Assembly: GCA_011109175.1 (NCBI GenBank)
Contig: RDEW01000095.1
Location: 40,046 to 104,045 of the forward strand
Direction: 5' to 3'
From: Dicyema japonicum
Lineage: Eukaryota > Animalia > Dicyemida
DNA length: 64,000 nt
Below the pieces are notes generated by a model. That model did not search any database and was not told the origin of the DNA. It saw only the letters and a list, made by a program, of their open reading frames with translations. This document shows, one piece after another, positions 1 through 11,832 of the stretch; within the stretch, counting starts at the first letter, position 1, and each line of letters begins with the position of its first letter. The position numbers and the translations under genes were made by a program.

Positions 1-474
1 TTCTGAGTGTAGTATCTACCCTCACATATATAAAGAATATTCCAATTGAAGTAGCTTGTAGTGTGATTTCAGACGTTTGCAACCAGAATGACTGCCCTAA
101 CAATCGATTTGGACGAATCAGAGCAATCAACCGCTATAATGGCTTGTTGTCGACTTTATATGGAAGTGAGTGTGTCGTAATGTGTAGTCTTCCCCTAAAA
201 AGATGATGAGTTGTGTGAAGAAAGCGTTGAAGGTTGCGGGCCACTGCAGTGGCACGAATGAACAATGCCGCTTTATGTTGGATGTCGTAAACCATATTAT
301 TTATTTCCGAGATGGAGATATTCTCAATGTTGTCATTCATGATTATTCCAGGTTAATTATGAGATTGTGGAAGAATGCATAAGCAGAGTGGAGTCCAAGT
401 TGGAGAATACTAAGGATGATGACTTGATGAGATATTTTACTAATCTGAGTACTGCTATTAGCCAGTGGAATTAA
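1..474 (+). CDS. VPS35: VPS35 retromer subunit, 3' part (gene starts before the window)
   Basis: After removing introns 51-72, 166-187 and 329-351 the translation reads ...EQSTAIMACCRLYME-SSPKKMMSCVKKALKVAGHCSGTNEQCRFMLDVVNHIIYF...RYFTNL. This resembles the VPS35 C-terminus (DQGRAVSTCAHLFW...KRVMECLKKALKIANQC...QLFIEILNRYIYF). Stop at 472-474. Confidence 0.7.
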
Positions 475-540
475 TATTTTTTAATATAGTGATTTTATTA
501 TTTTAATTTTTTGCGGATAATATTGTGTTAATAATTTCGA

Positions 541-620
541 ATTTTATTTTTTAATTTCATGTGATTAATTTTTTTAATAATTTTTATTTTTTTAATTTCA
601 TGTGATTAATTTTTTAATAA
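541..620. repeat. 40-bp AT-rich tandem duplication
   Basis: ttttattttttaatttcatgtgattaattttttaataa occurs twice head to tail. Confidence 0.85.
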
Positions 621-954
621 GTAGTAGATCTCTGGGCGGCCTGTCTTAGCGGCGCGTCGTTTTTTTATGGTTGACAGTTTCCTACATGTTAGCGATCCGT
701 GTTTAATAATTTTGAACTCAGGAAAATCTGCGACATTAGGGACTGCCAACTTTAGCGGTCCTTGACTAGGTAGCTTACTGCTTTGGATGTCCTGTCATTT
801 CTCCTTCCATGTTCTACTAGATTTGCTTCATGCTATTCACCTGTCCCAAATGACGCCCAGTGGTACCAAAAAAACATTTGTCTACTTCCACTTTACTGGA
901 TAGTTTCTCATAACTGTTAAATTTTATTGAAGAAAGAAAATAGAGTAAACGGTT

Positions 955-2175
955 ATATAGAGGCCATGATGCGTGGCTATTCCCTCTCAGGATACGCTCA
1001 GGATAGCGAGCGAGATTCGCTCAAATAACCAGCAGCGCTCACGAGGGTCTCCTTTTCGTGTAGCGATCCGATTTCCTAGACGACTCAAGAATTCCAGCGT
1101 CGCAGCGCAAGGGAACTAGACGTCTAAACGGCGAGTGGAACAAACAAAAAATCCTTGGGTAGGACCGCGTACTTTTCCCGTTTCATCTTCTCGGCCTTCT
1201 CAGCGGCAGAACAGGCTCCAGAGGCACTCTGGAATAGGTTGCAAGAGGCAAATGTGTCGGTGCAGGTAACGTACCTGACAAGAGGTTTCCCGGCTTCAAA
1301 AGGGAAGATGGTCATCCCATCTGGTCGTTTCCCGTCTCAAAGACCGACAGGTTCGAGCATGGAGGGGTGTCCAACGGCGTCCAAAGCTCTCCTAATGACT
1401 TCGTTCAAGGCCATGTGTCTGGGAAATCTGCCTGTCTCTTCCTGCAGGAGAGAAGGTGTTGGCCAAAACAGTCGATTCTGTATCCACATCGGCACGAATG
1501 TGGAATACAGACTTTTAATCCCAGTCGCAATGAGATCCCAATACGGACGAATTCATCATCCAGGAAGGTACCCAGAACTCCATTGGGAATGGCGTTGAGA
1601 CAGGTACCGCTCTCGGGAGACGACCCCAGACAACAAACAGGCACGGCGATGTTGGCTAGATAACACTAGCAAATCTTTGAAAGAATTCCAGGGAGTTATA
1701 GGCCACTAGCGATGATAGACATGAAGGGAGAGAAAGGTCCATAGGGTTCCGAATTTCAAGTTCTCCGAGACTCACTGGCAGCGTGGCTTGCTTCCATGAG
1801 TAATTCTCGAACTGGACGTTGAAGATACGTTCCGCTGTCGTACGGAAGATCTCGTTAATCTGTGCGAGTTGGTCATACAGGGTGAAATAGAGAGCAGTCC
1901 TCAGGACATATGCAAGGCTCTGTACATTGAGACTGTTTTTTTCAGGAGGAATAATGCTGTATGCATGTCAATAGACACAAGCGGTTCAGAGTCTCTCTGA
2001 GGAACAGTCGTTTTTTCACGTATAGCTTTTCCCATTGCATTTATGATGATCGGGGATCCGAGGAATATAAGTTCTTCATCGAGCGTGGAAATACTTCCAG
2101 GCAGTAAATTTCCGAAACATGACAAAGCTTTTGAATACTTCTCTTCTGAAAGTCCGCAATTGTAGATTTCTCATA
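955..2175 (-). mobile_element. Degraded CRE-like non-LTR retrotransposon (RT C-terminus plus restriction-like endonuclease)
   Basis: Frameshifted fragments: FLGSPI..., [70 protein letters not shown], and ERCWLFERISLA. These are typical of the CCHC + PD-(D/E)xK RLE region. Confidence 0.85.
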
Positions 2176-2299
2176 ACTGGAAAGAATGGCTGATTCTGGA
2201 AGGACTTGCGTGTTATTGCGTGGAAGATCTTTGCTTCTGCGACTATGGATACATTTAATCAGTCGCTAACTATTTTCTTTCTTGATGTATCCGGGATTT

Positions 2300-2735
2300 A
2301 TTTAATTTACTTATTAACTCCAGGCTTACAATCTATTGTTAGCCAAAGCACAGTCACAACTAATTAATCGAAGGAAGGTATCCAAGGGAGAACGTCTGCT
2401 TTTGCCAACCAAGTCTATCTTCCAATAGTTCAATACAGGTTTCCAAAGAGAAGTGGAGAAGTAGGTGTGCCTTCTACCATCTTCGTCGCACGTCCTACTG
2501 TCGCTGACATCATTTAATTCCTTAGCGGAAGAGTTTTCACAATGGTTATCTTCACCCAGTGGATTTGGTCAGGGAGAAGGTAGGAAGATCCCTTTCAATA
2601 ACTGTGTCGTGTCAGAAGGACTCGTTTCTTCACGAATAGGATCTATTTGATGAGAATTGCCCTTAGATGAAAACTCCATTTTGATGATTCGAACCCACGA
2701 CTATCAGATCCGATGTCATCAGACGTTACGTTCAC
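2300..2735 (-). mobile_element. tRNA-headed SINE (family A), near full length
   Basis: The minus strand has a B-box (GGTTCGAATC) head. The body matches 39392-39560 (+), 22770-23000 (-) and 42685-42780 (+). Confidence 0.7.
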
Positions 2736-2983
2736 CGGGGATTAATAAATAAATTTATCTTTGATAATGACGTATTGGACTCATACTCATTAATATGCTC
2801 TAATGACATTAGAGTTATTTTTAAAATTCATTCCATATTTCATACTAAAAGTGTTGGCCTACAAAAATTTTCCTGGCAATGCCTTTGAATGTAATTTGAT
2901 CGTCAGAGCTGGTAAATTTCTGTAGTTTGGTGGCTGTTGACTGGACTCTCTGATCTTCTTTAGATTCGTTTGTGAAGATGAAA

Positions 2984-3420
2984 TTATTATTATTAAAAGT
3001 ACTCCCAAGAAAACATAAATTAGTTAAGTTTCCCTTGTGCCGTATTCCTAATCATCCTCTCCGTCAACCTCGACCATGATCCTCTGTTGCGCGCTAGTTC
3101 TCTTAGGTAGTCCAGATCGTCTGCCGAAGTTAGTCTCATACCAACCGCCGATAGGTCTTCGTTCAAGATAGTCGGAAGTGTCGTTCTTAGTCTTCCGCGA
3201 AATCCGGCTGCTGTGTGTGCGAAGTAGTTGACCATTGCGAAATTTGAGGGGACCTGGTCATTTAGACGTCTTGATTGAAAATATCATCTGACAGCACGCC
3301 GTATTTGCATTTATTATAAAGGTTTGCATCAGAGATCTTCATAGGCCAGTTAATCTTGATTACCGATTTGAGCTGAGCTCTGTGGAAAGAGTCAAGACGG
3401 TCCATTTCTTGTTTAGAGAT
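2984..3420 (-). mobile_element. RTE-like LINE 3' remnant with (TAA)n tail
   Basis: Translates LDSFHRAQL...WPMKIS...FRGRLRTTLPTILNEDL...LRELARNRGSW. Tail ttattattatt at about 2984-2994. Homologous to 21540-22022. Confidence 0.75.
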
Positions 3421-4090
3421 TCCCCAAATCCAAGAGTTGTAGGTTAATACCGGGATGACAAAAGCTTTGATATTCTAACCTGGTGTTTAGTTCTATCCTC
3501 TTTTTGTGGATAGGTCGCATATCAGTTGGTATTTTTTTGAGGTTGTTTAAGTCCTCTGCAATTGAAAGTTTAGGGAGTGAACGGAGAAGTCGGTAAAGAA
3601 TGCGAATAAAACAGTGCAATAGAGATGTTGTCACCAAAAATTTGATGAAATGATTGACAATCAAAAATTTATTAATGAATCAAATCTTAATTGAAGAAAC
3701 AATAGATATCGTCGAGCCCTGGTGGTTAAGGCAAAGAGATCCAGAACTACTCTCCCAGCCAGAGACGGATGATGTCCACATCGTAAACGAGAAAGTTCCA
3801 CTCTGACGGCCTTCGGAAGAAGCAGTTCGGAAGTGCTAGGGTAACTAAAGTTCAGAATTAAAGATTTATTGTTCAGTCAATTAGATTTTTATTTTTGATT
3901 TAAAAAAGTGACGTAAAATATTAATTGATTTCTCTTTGGTCAATAAAATATCTGCAAACTTTTTTCTTGCTCATACTCAATCACCCACGTGCATTTTTTA
4001 AATCACAGAGGAAATACATTCTGCGGTATTATATCAATAATAGCGCTAACCCAAGCCACATAAATTGCAATTGCAGGACTAGAAAGCGAC

Positions 4091-6414
4091 ATGTTTGAAG
4101 TAAGCATTAAGTCGTAGTCTAGTTTCTCAAAAGACGTATTCGCCCGTTAAAGAAGAAGCTTGATTTGCCAGAACAAAACTGGGAATCCATCAAAGAATAT
4201 TGTGAAGAAAATGAAACACTGTTTGAGGACCCAGAATTCCCAGCAGAAGATTCGTCAATTTTTTATGACAAGCCAGTACCGGGAACAGTGGAGTGGGTCC
4301 GACCAACGGTATCAGTATGAAAATTATTATAGGAACTTGTCGATAATCCACTATTTATTGCCGACGATGCCTCTCGTTTTGATATTGTGCAGGGATCATT
4401 GGGTCAGTAATATTGAATGACATAAATAGGTGACTGCTGGCTGTTGGCGGCTGTAGCTTCGCTTACAACTGAAAAAAAATTGTTCGCAAAAGTCGTACCA
4501 ATGAATCAGACTTTTGAAGGATCGGAATATTTTGGGGCTTTTAAATTTATGTTTTGGCATTTCGGAAAGTTTAAAGAAGTCATCGTGGATGACCGACTTC
4601 CAATGATAGACGGGGAACTAATTTTCATGCATTCTGCAACTAATAATGAATTTTGGTCAGCTTTGTTTGAAAAGGCCTACGCAAAGTACTAATTTCCCAA
4701 GTTACAATAGAATGTGCGGTTGTTACCAAGCATTGGACGGTGGATCTGCAGCTGAGGCTCTAATTGACTTCACAGGAGGCATTGGAGAGCGATTCATTCT
4801 TTCTGAAGCACCGTCCAATTTATTTTCACTGCTTCATGATGCTTCCAAACGCGGTTCCCTCATGTCATGTGCTATAATAGTGATGAATTCTAATTTACTG
4901 TAGGGAAATACTCTCGAAGGACGACTTTCAAATGGCTTGGTGGTCTTGCACGCATATTCTTTGACAGGACTTAGAAAAGTACATAGAGACTAACCATGCT
5001 AGGTTACTATTTCTAAACTGGGGATGAATGTTCAATTATTGCGAATAAGAAATCCCTGGGGAGAAGTCGAATGGAATGGGTCTTGGAGTGACAATTCCAG
5101 AGAATGGGAGTTGGTTTCGGAAGAAGAAAAGGAAGAGCTTGACCTTACATATAAAAATGATGGGGAATTTTGGTATTCTAAGAAAATGATGTAATAGGAT
5201 GGATTGGAGGGATTTCTCTTCCAACTATTCTATCGTTGAAGTGTGCAACCTCCACCCAGACTCTGTCACCGACTCTGACATAGATAACTGGAAATTGACT
5301 CAATTCGAGGGATCGTGGGTTAAATTTGTCAGTGCTGGAGGAAATTTAAGATCCAGTTCGTTGATGTTGATAATTATTAGGATCATTTAGTTCAAATCCC
5401 ACATTTACTTTCGAAATTGAAAAAACTGAGGAGTATACGACGGAAGTCCTCATTTCAGTCTCCCAAAAAGACCGCAGAAGGCTGTTCTCTCAAGGAAAAT
5501 CAATGTTACCGATTGCCTTCCACGTATTTGAAGTATCTCTTAAATCATGAAATTTTCAAGAATGATGGGGGAAGATTGACAATGGTGGGGAATTCAGGCC
5601 CGTACACAAATAAGAGAGACATCTCAAAGAGGTTTGAATTACGAGCTGGGAAGTATTCTATCATTGTGTCCACATACGAGACCAATCTTCAAGGAGAATT
5701 CTTGGTTAGAATATTCAGCGAGGCTGAGACCAGAGAAAGTGAGGAGGAAGTCGAAGAAGTGGTGAGTCATATGGTTAAAAAAATAAGGAATACAAGGAAA
5801 GTGAAGACGAAGATTTGGAAAGTATATTCAGAGATGCAGCGGGAGATGACATGGAGCTCAACACTTCAGACTTGAATAAACTGTTAAATAGTATTTTTAT
5901 TATGTCTACCAAAGACTATGATAACTTTTCACGGGGGAACACAGCCCATCTGATATCACTCTACGATGTATTCCTAAATAATAAAATAATAGACCGACGG
6001 AAGCGGATGCCTAGGATTTGATGAATTCAGGGACCTTTGGGGAAGGATAAAGCAAGCAAAAGTATCAAATTTACGCAATTCATAGGAAATCTTCAAAAGT
6101 GCTGACGCTGACGACACTGGATCGTTATCCACCTTTGAACTGAAAGGAGCTATTCGTCGAGCAGGTATTATTAGTAGTCAGTTGATAGGATATGTGGTCA
6201 GAAATAAAACTGTGATGTCCCTAGTACTAAAACACTCTGACGAAGACGGGACAATGAGTTTCGATGATTTTGTCGTGTGCATTGTCAAATTGTCGCGGAC
6301 TTCAGGTGAGCCCATTAAATAACCAATAAAGAAATATTCAAGAAGCAATCAGGAGGTCAGAGAATTGCAAGATTCGCATTGACTCAGTTCATCGAGGACG
6401 TTTGCTCATTATAA
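4091..6414 (+). CDS. Classical calpain (CysPc, C2-like domain III, penta-EF-hand); 14 introns of 23-28 nt
   Basis: Spliced translation contains FEDPEFP, QGSLG|DCWLLAA (catalytic Cys), HAYS (His), RNPWG (Asn), DGEFWM and EF hands DTDGSGCLGFDEF and DADDTGSLSTFEL. All introns are GT-AG. Confidence 0.95.
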
Positions 6415-6588
6415 TCTAACTAATTATTATTTTTTCTAACAAAATTAATAAATATTCTCAATATTTTTTTGAAATTATCAATTAGTTGTAATTTAATTTA
6501 ATTAATTATATGGCCGCCATATCGACAGTGGTTAGATTATTTAGAGAATATAGTAGGCGTGGTAACGGGGTTTTTTTACAAGTTAGAA

Positions 6589-8387
6589 ATGTCTTCCAGC
6601 CTGATTGGAGCTATTGATCAAGGAACATCCAGCACAAAGTTTATGGTTGAATTAATATGATTCTATGTTAGGTATTTGACTCTTCCACTTGGAAATGTGT
6701 TTCTTCCTACCAGCAGACTGTACGGTGTTTTAGTCCCCAAGAAGGGTCATTTTTATTATTACTGCAGGTGGAATGAACAGGATCCCTACGAAATACTTGA
6801 TAGTGTACTCCAATGCATGAATAAAGTCAGGGATCAAATACGTGATTTAAAATACAAATCAATTCAAGCCATTGGAATAAGTAATCAACGGGAGACTGTT
6901 TTGGCTTGGGAAAGAAACAATGGGAGACCACTTTCTAACGCAATTGGTCACATTGTTAATCATAACTTAGTATGGAGTGATTTAAGGACTAGTGGGCTTA
7001 TTGAAGATTATATTCGGAAATATAACATTGATGCTATTAAAGACACGTGTGGGTTACCTCTTTCCCCATATTTTACAGCTGGGAAGATCAGGTGGTTGAT
7101 AGATAATGTATCTGATGTGAGAAACTCTTTTGAGTTTGGAAATTGTTGCTTTGGAACAATTGACACGTGGCTTCTTTGGGTGAGTTAGTTTCATTATTTT
7201 TTCAGAATCTTACTTGCGGGAGCTCTTATATGACTGATGTCACTAATGCTAGCAGAACCATGCTTTTTAACTTGAAGACTCTGAAATGGGACTCTGAACT
7301 CTGTCGCTTCTTTTCCCTGCCTCCTCCAAGTGACTGGCTTCCAAAAATATGCCCGTCGTCCCACAATTATGGTTTAATAACGTTAAATGATTGTCCCTTT
7401 GGTGGAGTCCCCATAACAGCCGTAGTATATGTTTAACATACCAGATTTTGGGAGATCAACAATCCGCTCTGTTTGGCCATCAGTGCTTCTCGAAAGGATC
7501 GGCCAAGAACACGTAATATTGTGCTTACTCTCAGCTATGGCACTGGATGTTTTATGCTCAAGAATATAGGGGACACTGTAATATTAATATTGAAACTAAC
7601 AGCCGGTCATTAATAAGTCAGGTTTAATCACAACAGTCGCGTATCAAGTGAGTGAAATGCCAGTTTATGCTCATGAAGTAGTTTTCTGTTATATCTCTAG
7701 GGATCTGTGGCTGCTGCAGGAAGTGCTATTAATTGGGTGAGAGATAATTTGAAGTTATTTTCAAATTTTGACGAATTTGGTATTTTGGTAAGAGTAATGA
7801 TAGATTGTATGACAAAACAGCTAAGTGACTCTGGACTTGTCTGTTTTGTACCTGCCTTTTCAGGACTGTACTGTCCACATTGGGATAGCTCGGCAAGGGG
7901 GTTGACTTTATTGATTATGCAGACTAATATGTGGACTTACTCAGTTCACTCATTCGGGACATATTATGCTGGCAGCCCTAGAGGCTATTGCCTTCCAGAA
8001 TAAATTAGTCTTCGATGCAGAGGTGACTGTATATTGCAGTATTAAAGTGGGGAAATGACGTCTCTGAATTAAGGGTGGATGGGGACTCTCAGCAAACTCT
8101 AGACTCATGCAACTGCAGGCAGACATACTTGGGATACCAATCAGTAAAACTTGTGATTTGAATTTAGAACGGTTTGACTTTGGTGAGTTTACTGCCTTCG
8201 GATCTGCATTGGCGGCTGCGGTCACTGTTGGCTTGTTCTCGCCCTCAAAACCAGTCGAATCGTTAAACTTTACTACGTTTTATCCAACCTCTGACACAAA
8301 CAGTATTTTCATGTAATTCATTAAGTTCAAACAAAATATAAATTATGGCTTGAAGCTGTTGAAAAGTCACGAAATTCTGTCATTTAA
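6589..8387 (+). CDS. GK: Glycerol kinase; 13 micro-introns
   Basis: Motifs IGAIDQGTSST, GISNQRET, GTIDTWLLW, TDVTNASRT, LGDQQSAL, KNTYGTGCF, VPAFSGLYCPHW, VDGG, MQLQADILG and C-terminal WLEAVEKS. Confidence 0.95.
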
Positions 8388-8408
8388 CATGTGAATGTTT
8401 TAATTTTA

Positions 8409-8550
8409 CTTCGGCCGCGGAGTTTTTGATACTGACTTTTATTAAAAATAGATCAAACCAAAATTTAGGCTTTAAGATGGCAACACTCCCACTATGTGAC
8501 CTTCGGCCGCGGAGTGTTTGATACTGAATCTTATTGAAATATAGAACAAT
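8409..8550. repeat. Imperfect ~48-bp direct repeat, period 92 bp
   Basis: cttcggccgcggagt(t/g)tttgatactga..ttatt.aaa..tag starts at 8409 and at 8501. Confidence 0.8.
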
Positions 8551-9133
8551 TTACATAATCTGTGATGAAATATTTCATCCTCAGATTTTAAATTTTTTTG
8601 CTAAAGTCTGATTTTCATTCTTTGTTTAGGCGTAATATTGTTCAGCAATACATCTTGCGACTGAAATCTCTTAATTTCGTTAAGTTATTGTGTTGTCAGT
8701 TTATAGAAACCCACAAGAATAATTTATCTCGAGTGATTAATTATTTTTTTAAATATAATACTTTTTAGTTTTTAATAACAATTCTAATAAATTTCCCTTA
8801 TTTATTTTTTTGTAATTATTTTTTGGAGATAAGCTAGACATTCCTCCAACGGACGGTTACATTTAATATGTGAATATTTTAATTTTATTTTTAAATAAAT
8901 TTTGCACTGGAGTATAGGAGGCAGATCCCTGAGATGCCATATGGGCAGAAGGTTCAATTGGACAAGGCGCTCTCGGAGTTGTTTTAGCAGCCAGAATCGA
9001 AGCTGCTTGAGGAGGCAGGCGAGGAAGGTTGTTGATTATTAAATATATTAACTTTTTTATTGTTGGTTTAATAAAGTGGGTTCTAATTTTTAAATAAATT
9101 TTTATTAAGTTATAAATCTTTTTAATTTTTTAA

Positions 9134-9780
9134 ATGGAGGTGGTATTTAGTGGGGTTATTGATATTAGATTTGGAAACAGGGTGCGGAAAGTCGGTTGTA
9201 TTTATCACAATTCTATGAAATTCCCTGTGTTATTAAGGAAAGATTTAAGCGGGAATATCGGCAGCCTGCACTTGACTTGTATCTCACTCAACAGCGAATG
9301 CGAGCTGAAGTTCGTGCTTTAGTTAAATGCAAAGAAGCTGGGCTAAATACTCCTACTGTTCTACACGTGGATATGATCAGAGGCCGAATTTATCTGCAAC
9401 TTATATGTAATGGAGTTAGTCTTGCTGATTCTAACCTGACATGTGCCGTATTTTCTAAAGTTGGGTCTTCTTTGGCGATAATGCACAAAAACAACATAAT
9501 TCACGGAGATTTGACTACTTCCAACATTCTGATTACTCATCAGCTTTCTGTGTATTTGATCGACTTTGGTTTGGCTCACATTGACTCTGCTCTTGCTGAG
9601 GACAAGGCGGTTGACTTGTACGTGTTTGAAAGATCCCTTAAAACATCTCACTCGAATGCTGACATCTTCTTCTCAGCCTTAATGTCCGCCTATATAAGCG
9701 AGTGGAGTGGGGGACAGCAAGTCAGTGATAAACTGGACGAGGTCAGAATGAGGGGACGAAAGAGAGATGTTGTTGGATAA
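9134..9780 (+). CDS. TP53RK: TP53-regulating kinase / Bud32 (KEOPS complex)
   Basis: One intron ending at 9168 joins the ATG to IWKQGAESRLY. Then IKERF, RMRAEVRAL, IHGDLTTSN, LIDFGL, EDKAVDLYVFER and EVRMRGRKR. Confidence 0.95.
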
Positions 9781-11489
9781 CTTCCAACATAAACTTGTTT
9801 TTTTACCGTCGATTTAAATATTGTTTTATTGAATTAGTTGTATTAACATGAAAATGATGTGTTCTTAAGGGAACTTTGAGATTAATGTTCCCCTCATTCT
9901 CGGGAACACTAGAGAGCCTAGTATAAATGATCCAAAAGGACAGAAACCATAAACTTTAAGAATTGATATTTAGCTAGTAATTATATCATCCCACTTCTAA
10001 GAGATGACCATTGTCAACGATCCTCCAAGTTTTGGAGTAGAGTAAAAACATTGATGCATCGGCAATCATTTTTGCTAAGAAACTAGTGTATTGGATGTAA
10101 CTGAATTTAGTCCGTCACCTGAGAAGAAGAACGAGTATCTAACTCCAACGGTAGACAAGTTCACCAAGACAACAATCGTGAAAACTCTTCTAAGGAATGA
10201 TCCAGTGGAACAGGTTAAATCGAATGTTCTTTTTTTGATTCCATTTTAGCAGTGAGTACCTTTTGAGACAAGTGGATAGATAACATGACACAACGATAAT
10301 AAGGAACGAATAGAAGAAACTGAGTAAAGGATTTGAAAACCTTCAACCGAGTAGCCAACGAGATAAATCATCCTCGAAATGACAAAATTCCAAAAACCAT
10401 GGTAACACAAGACTAAATACTCACATAATCACGACACTCTAACAGAGATCTCATTTTGGCACGATGCTCCCTTCGGTTCCAGACAACCACATATCGGCCG
10501 TATAACCAAATGATCGTAGTTACATGGACGGACCTTTCGCTTCTTACTGATTCCAGAGGCATTGGAGAGGAAACCTTCCCATAAGTCCATCGAGATCATT
10601 TTTATTGATATAAAAACCGAACCAATAAGGTACCTAGCCTTGATATACCGGGAAAAGGTTGAGTCAACTTTCAATTAAGGTATTTTATTTAGAACCCCGG
10701 GATCATTGAGAAAGAAAGACAGAAAAAAACGTCAGACAGTTAGGTAATCACAGTTTCCGCAATCAAACGAGCCATCCAACGTTTGTGGTTTCACATTGTC
10801 CTCACTACCATGCGGAAGAGCCTTCTCTCATCCCTGTAGAAGAATCGTATTGGGGAGGGGAACTTCCTAACAAATCGACTTTCTTTTGCCTTGGAAAAGG
10901 ACAGGCCAAGCCGGTTTCCGTCAACCTTACAGACCCGAAGGAATCCGGTTCGGCGACTACAAGTCGTAGCTTCCGTGAGTAGGGGATTAACCATTGATCC
11001 AGAATGAGTCCCATCATAAATATAGTTTTCCGGTATATTGAATTGATTCTGTGGTGCGTAGCCTCTGATAACGCAAATCTCCATGCAACAGAGGCATGAT
11101 CCACAGCTAAGGCGATATGTTGCAGGTAGAGTGTTGCAACAGAAGCATCCAAATTCAAAGAAATCCTCCCGACAAGCGCGTGCAACTTTCAACTTCTGCA
11201 GACCTATAGAGAGAAATTTCTTCGCATGTGAATGAAATTCAACAGCCTGTCGAACATAAATCCAAGAATTGAAGGAGACCTTTTTACTGGTATCTGGACA
11301 GGACCAATGAAAATTCTTGGATATTATTTTGAACGACGGTCTGAGGTAAAAAGCCTTCATAATGATTTTTCGGCAAAAATCGTTAGTTGGTGCAGTCAAC
11401 CAATCATAGACGAGGTTCACTCTCGCTTGGGTATTAGAGGTTGCAAGGTATATCAAGTACATATGGTCGAAGAGAAACGTACCCCTCTG

Positions 11490-11735
11490 TCCATATTCGC
11501 CATTTCGGGAAGCCATCCAGCGGAGTAGGGAAGGAATATATCCTTTTTTTAATACCAGCTAAGCATTGAACGTCTCCTGAGACAGGTGGATCAACTGGAG
11601 CATCTTAGGATTTGAAGAAGAAACAGAGCTTAACGTTATCCTTTAACCAAATAGCGGTGTGGAAATCGAATCCCACAGATAATCGCGACTCGAGCGACAT
11701 AGTGTAATAGAACTAAACCACCAACTCGACCTCGA
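11490..11735 (-). mobile_element. tRNA-headed SINE (shared-core family)
   Basis: A/B-box-like head (tggtttagt ... ggattcgattt) followed by the core GATCCACCTGTCTCAGGAGAC...AAAAGGAT...CCCTACT.CGCTGGA...CCCGAAATGG. The core also occurs at 23340-23460, 43165-43300 and 49585-49810. Confidence 0.65.
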
Positions 11736-11832
11736 CAAGCTGACATTTAAAATTAGAATATTTCAAGTTAATTTATATTAATTTAATTTTTGTTCAGATT
11801 AAAGCATTATTATATTTTTTTATTGTGTCCTC

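Noticed and set aside
1155-1663. Plus-strand ORFs of 147 and 98 aa (similarly 48877-49194 and 52138-52464)
   Set aside because: They are antisense shadows of retrotransposon coding remnants.
3705-3860. GC-richer island with an A-box-like start, possible ncRNA
   Set aside because: No B box, second copy or convincing fold was found, so no call can be supported.
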